A DNA stretch of 64,000 nucleotides from Corallococcus sp. bb12-1 (GTDB lineage Bacteria > Myxococcota > Myxococcia > Myxococcales > Myxococcaceae). The stretch is from contig NZ_JAPNJZ010000012.1 of assembly GCF_026626765.1 (NCBI RefSeq), positions 205,012-269,011 of the forward strand, read 5' to 3'. Numbering within the stretch: position 1 is the first letter of the stretch; the number at the start of each line of letters is the position of its first letter. The position numbers and the translations under genes were made by a program. Below the pieces are notes generated by a model. The model saw nothing but the letters and a program-made list of their open reading frames with translations, was not told the DNA's origin and made no database searches. Shown here piece after piece: positions 60,120-64,000 of the stretch.

Positions 60120-60845
60120 GTGGCCACCGCCAAGGAGCTCGCAGACAATGCCGTGGACAACACCGTGGTGGGGCCTTCCATCCTCATCAGCGGTCGTCTC
60201 ACGGGTGACGAGGACCTCACGGTCCGCGGGCGCGTCGAGGGTGAACTGACCCTCAGCCGCACCCTCATCGTGGAGCCCTCGGGCGTGGTGAAGGCCAACG
60301 TGGCGGTGAAGAACGCCATCGTCAGCGGCGTGGTGGTGGGCAACATCAACGCCACCGAAAGCGTGGAGCTGACCCGCGAAGGCCGCATGGTGGGCGACAT
60401 CCGCGCCCCCCGCGTCATCATCGTGGACGGCGCCAGCTTCCGCGGCCGCGTGGACATGGGCGACGTGGAGCCGGGCCGTCTGCCGGCCGAGCGCCCCACC
60501 GTCGCGCGCCCCCAGGCCGTCACGCGTCCCACGGTGCGGCCCGGCGCCACGCCGCCGCGCCCCCCGACGCCTCCGGCGGCGCCCCCGCGCGCCCCGACCC
60601 CGCCGCCGCCCCCAGCGCGTCCCGCGCCCACGAGCACGGCGCCGGCCACGGTGGTGTCCCGGCCGTTGGCTCCGGCCAGCAAGCCGCTGCCTCCGCCGCC
60701 GCCCGCGACGCCCACGTTCACCCCGCGCGCATCCGAGCCGCCGCGCCCGCCTCCCACTGAGCAGGCGAGCAGTGCTTCGAGACCCATGTCTCCCGTGGTG
60801 GCGGCTGGCGCGAAGAAGAAGGTCGTGGTGAAGAAGTCCCGTTAG
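60120..60845 (+). CDS. bacP: Bactofilin with about 125 aa Pro-rich, Lys-terminated C-terminal tail
   Basis: DUF583 core followed by …[24 protein letters not shown]…[10 protein letters not shown]. The architecture matches BacP. Confidence 0.8.
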   Translation: MATAKELADNAVDNTVVGPSILISGRLTGDEDLTVRGRVEGELTLSRTLIVEPSGVVKANVAVKNAIVSGVVVGNINATESVELTREGRMVGDIRAPRVIIVDGASFRGRVDMGDVEPGRLPAERPTVARPQAVTRPTVRPGATPPRPPTPPAAPPRAPTPPPPPARPAPTSTAPATVVSRPLAPASKPLPPPPPATPTFTPRASEPPRPPPTEQASSASRPMSPVVAAGAKKKVVVKKSR

Positions 60846-60906
60846 AGCCCGCCCACCGCGCCGTCATTTCCGGCGGCGCGGGGGTGGAACAACCGGGGGT
60901 GCCACC

Positions 60907-62340
60907 ATGGACGCCGAGCACAGGGCCGAGGGACAGGAAGGAATGCCGGGCACGCCTGGGGAGAACGCGACGCCGTCCCAGCAGGAGGGCGCGTCCGAAG
61001 CGTCTCCGCCGGAGTCTGGCGAGGGCGTGGCAGGGCCGCCGCACGCGCAGGGCGCGGGTGGGGAAGTGACTTCGGAAGGCGCCTCTCAGGCGGGAGCGGG
61101 TGGCGACGCCGTGAGTGGAGCGCAAGCGGAATCAATCAGTGGAGCGGGTGACGCCTCCGGGGCCCCGGTGGATGCCGGTGCTGGCCCCATGGACACGCGC
61201 AGCGGTGGCACCGACGCGGGCAATGCGGATGCGTCGTCCACGACGGGCTCCGAGGCAGGCGCGGCGTCCGGGACGGACGTCGATGCCGGTGCTTCATCCG
61301 GAACCGGCGGCGATGCGGACGCGGCGTCCGCGACGAGCCCTGATGCAGGTGCTTCATCCGGAACGGGCGGCGAGATGGGTGGTGCCTCCGCGACGGATTC
61401 CGAGTCAGGTGTGGCCTCTGGAACGGGTGTCGACGCGGGTGGAACGACCGACGCCGCGACGGGCTCCGAGTCCTCCACCGAGAACGCGGGCCCGGGCCGC
61501 TACGTCGAGCTGCCGTCGGGCGGTGACGCGACGGAGGCCCCTGCCGAGGCGAAGGACGAGACGCGCTCCGGCCCGGTGTCGGGCGTGGACGCCGCGCTCT
61601 TGAGCGCGGGCATCTGGGACGTGGCGAGCCGTGCGAGCCAGGAAGAAGCGCCCGGCCCGGATGGCGGCGCCAAAGAAGACGTGGCGACCCCGCCGGACGA
61701 GGCGCCCCTCGCGGAGGACGTGGAGCCCCGCGTGATGGGACAGGTGACGGCGATGGTGTTGCCGCTGGAGCGACTGGAGGAGGACACCACCTTCCGTCTG
61801 CGGGACGAAGGCGACGTGTCCGAGCTGGCCACGGACCTGGCGCGGCTGGGGCAGCTGTTCCCGGTGGACGTGCGCCCGCGCGGCGACGAGCGCTACCAGC
61901 TCATCTGCGGCTTCCGGCGCGTGGCGGCGCTGAGATTCCTCAAGCGCGACCAGGTGCAGGTCCGCGTGCACGAGGAGCTGTCCGACGAGGACGCGCTGCT
62001 CCTGTCCCTGGCGGAGGCCATCCACGCCTCGCCGGTGGAGCACGACACGCTGGCGGCCAAGCGGGCCTCGCTGGAGGCCGAAGGCCGGCTGACCGCGCCG
62101 GTGCGCGACATGCTGGAGAAGGCGCTCGCCACCGAGGATTCGCTGGCGCCCGAGGGCGTGGAAGAGGAGATCGACGCGGATGAGCTGGCGGCGGACGTCG
62201 CGCAGCGCATGGGCGCCCTCAACCAGGACCTGTCGCTCCTGGCGGACGTGTTCTCCTCGCTGGATGAATCCCGGCGCGCGGAGCTGCTGATGCAGGTCCG
62301 CTACTCGGCGGAGCTGGTGAAATACCTGGAGGGTCTGTAG
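60907..62340 (+). CDS. padC: ParB/Srx-like nuclease-domain protein with long acidic Gly/Ser/Asp-rich N-terminal region (PadC-like bactofilin adaptor)
   Basis: The C-terminal half has a ParB-like N-domain (…[24 protein letters not shown]…). Position immediately after the three bactofilin genes. Confidence 0.7.
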   Translation: MDAEHRAEGQEGMPGTPGENATPSQQEGASEASPPESGEGVAGPPHAQGAGGEVTSEGASQAGAGGDAVSGAQAESISGAGDASGAPVDAGAGPMDTRSGGTDAGNADASSTTGSEAGAASGTDVDAGASSGTGGDADAASATSPDAGASSGTGGEMGGASATDSESGVASGTGVDAGGTTDAATGSESSTENAGPGRYVELPSGGDATEAPAEAKDETRSGPVSGVDAALLSAGIWDVASRASQEEAPGPDGGAKEDVATPPDEAPLAEDVEPRVMGQVTAMVLPLERLEEDTTFRLRDEGDVSELATDLARLGQLFPVDVRPRGDERYQLICGFRRVAALRFLKRDQVQVRVHEELSDEDALLLSLAEAIHASPVEHDTLAAKRASLEAEGRLTAPVRDMLEKALATEDSLAPEGVEEEIDADELAADVAQRMGALNQDLSLLADVFSSLDESRRAELLMQVRYSAELVKYLEGL

Positions 62341-62343
62341 GCC

Positions 62344-62910
62344 ATGGCGGAACCGCTCACTCGCGACCGCGCCCGGCTCCTGGAGGTGCTCACCCAGCGC
62401 TCCTTCGAGCGGCGGCGCGTGGTGCTCTCCTCCGGCAAGGAGTCGGACTTCTACATCGACTGCAAGCGCACGGCGCTGCTCGCCGAGGGCCACTACCTCG
62501 TCGGCCGGCTGCTGCTGGAGGCCATCCGGCGCGACGCTCCGTCGGCGGTGGCGGCGGGTGGGCTGACGCTCGGCGCGGATCCGCTCGCGTCGGCGGTGAG
62601 CCTCACCAGCTTCCTGGAAGGCACGCCGCTGCACGCCTTCATCGTGCGCAAGGAGCCCAAGGGCCACGGCACCGGCCAGTGGATTGAAGGCCTGTCCGCG
62701 CTGGGCCCCGGTGCGCCGGTGGCCATCGTGGAGGACGTGGTGACGACGGGCGCGTCCACGCTCAAGGCGATTGAGCGGGCGAAGCTGGAGGGCCTGACGG
62801 TGCTGGGCGCCTTCGCGCTGGTGGACCGGCTGGAGGGGGGACGCGAGGCCGTGGAGGCTTCCGGCCACCGCCTCACCACGTTGTTCACGCGCAAGGACTT
62901 CATCCCGTGA
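62344..62910 (+). CDS. pyrE: Orotate phosphoribosyltransferase
   Basis: PRTase motif VAIVEDVVTTGAST. 188 aa. Confidence 0.9.
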   Translation: MAEPLTRDRARLLEVLTQRSFERRRVVLSSGKESDFYIDCKRTALLAEGHYLVGRLLLEAIRRDAPSAVAAGGLTLGADPLASAVSLTSFLEGTPLHAFIVRKEPKGHGTGQWIEGLSALGPGAPVAIVEDVVTTGASTLKAIERAKLEGLTVLGAFALVDRLEGGREAVEASGHRLTTLFTRKDFIP

Positions 62911-63536
62911 GAAGGCTGCTGTTGGCCGTGGTGCTGCTGGGCGTGTTCGGCGGTTGCGCCAACGCCCCCCCCTTCATCGGGGAGCCCGCGCCCACGTTGG
63001 ATGATCCGAAGGCGGAGTCCGCGTACCTGGCGGCGCTGGACCGGTACTCGGACCGCAAGGAGATCTACGACGGCTTCGACACGCGCATCTTCGCGGGGGC
63101 CACGCTTCAGACGCCCACCTTCCGCGACGCCCGCGTCCGCCGCCGCGCGCTCTTCCAGACGCTGCCCGCGGCGAAGGTGGAGGCCCTGCTCGCCGAGGAG
63201 CAGGCCGAGGCCGCGAAGTTCCACGAGTTCTTCCTGGGCGTGCACGTCAATGACATGCGCTACGACGACTTCGCCAACCGCAACAGCATCTGGCGGCTGG
63301 CCCTGGTGACGCCCGCGGGAGAAGTGACCCCCGTGGAGGTCCGTCGCATCGGCCGCGCCGACCTCAACGTGCGCGCCTACTACCCGTACACCACGCTCTT
63401 CTGGGTGGCCTACCGCGTCCGCTTCCCGCGCACCTTCACCGAAGGCCAGCCCGTCATCCCCGAAGGCACTGAGCAGGTGATGCTGCGCGTGGCCTCCTCG
63501 CTGGGGAAGGCGGAGCTCAAGGTGCACGCGCGCTGA
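62907..63536 (+). CDS. Hypothetical lipoprotein
   Basis: MRRLLLAVVLLGVFGGC lipobox. ATGA overlap with pyrE. No named domain. Confidence 0.55.
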   Translation: MRRLLLAVVLLGVFGGCANAPPFIGEPAPTLDDPKAESAYLAALDRYSDRKEIYDGFDTRIFAGATLQTPTFRDARVRRRALFQTLPAAKVEALLAEEQAEAAKFHEFFLGVHVNDMRYDDFANRNSIWRLALVTPAGEVTPVEVRRIGRADLNVRAYYPYTTLFWVAYRVRFPRTFTEGQPVIPEGTEQVMLRVASSLGKAELKVHAR

Positions 63537-63555
63537 AGCCCGCGGCCGGCGGCCC

Positions 63556-64000
<445 letters not shown>

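Overview
This is a roughly 70% GC, gene-dense window that looks like a Myxococcus-type (Myxococcales) chromosome, with almost no non-coding DNA and many 4-bp ATGA stop/start overlaps. From start to end it holds the following.

(1) A minus-strand, translationally coupled triplet at 1-1888: a small Fic-domain protein followed by two tandem paralogous proteins of unknown function.

(2) A minus-strand chemosensory operon at 3000-11603: cheA-cheW-MCP-ABC1 kinase-ABM-cheB-cheR. The cytoplasmic MCP has an N-terminal truncated-haemoglobin-like domain and PAS domains. An ABC1/UbiB atypical kinase and an ABM monooxygenase are embedded in the operon. A PAS-LuxR regulator sits upstream of the operon.

(3) Assorted genes: DUF72, a Smr-domain protein, a Snf2 helicase, a MoxR-DUF58 pair, a HEAT-cyclophilin lipoprotein, an HD-GYP response regulator, and a MaoC/MaoC/acyl-CoA dehydrogenase set. 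An ExbB/ExbD pair lies convergent with these.

(4) A roughly 21 kb co-directional plus-strand block at 30514-51922. It begins with a LolA-like lipoprotein, two stand-alone MshEN (GspE-N type, c-di-GMP-binding) domain proteins, an orphan OppD/OppF ABC-ATPase pair, a DUF2085 membrane protein and an ECF sigma/anti-sigma pair. It continues with a partial Tad/Flp pilus gene set (Flp-like prepilin, CpaB, TadB, TadC) and then two large FHA-domain membrane proteins. The block runs without a break into xseA-xseB-RR-ispA-dxs-tlyA. The Tad set has no secretin, CpaF ATPase, TadZ or prepilin peptidase in the window. It resembles a half-locus of a split Tad-like apparatus, such as the two-cluster Kil contact-dependent killing machine reported for M. 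xanthus.

(5) A lipoprotein, a hybrid histidine kinase with GAF, REC and a degenerate GGDEF domain, a TPR protein and an alpha/beta hydrolase. These are followed by the three-bactofilin plus ParB-like locus (bacN-bacO-bacP-padC arrangement), pyrE, a lipoprotein, and a partial LOG-family gene at the window end.

No rRNA, tRNA, CRISPR array or obvious IS element was seen. Many long ORFs in the six-frame track are antisense or frame-shifted shadows of these genes and were discarded.
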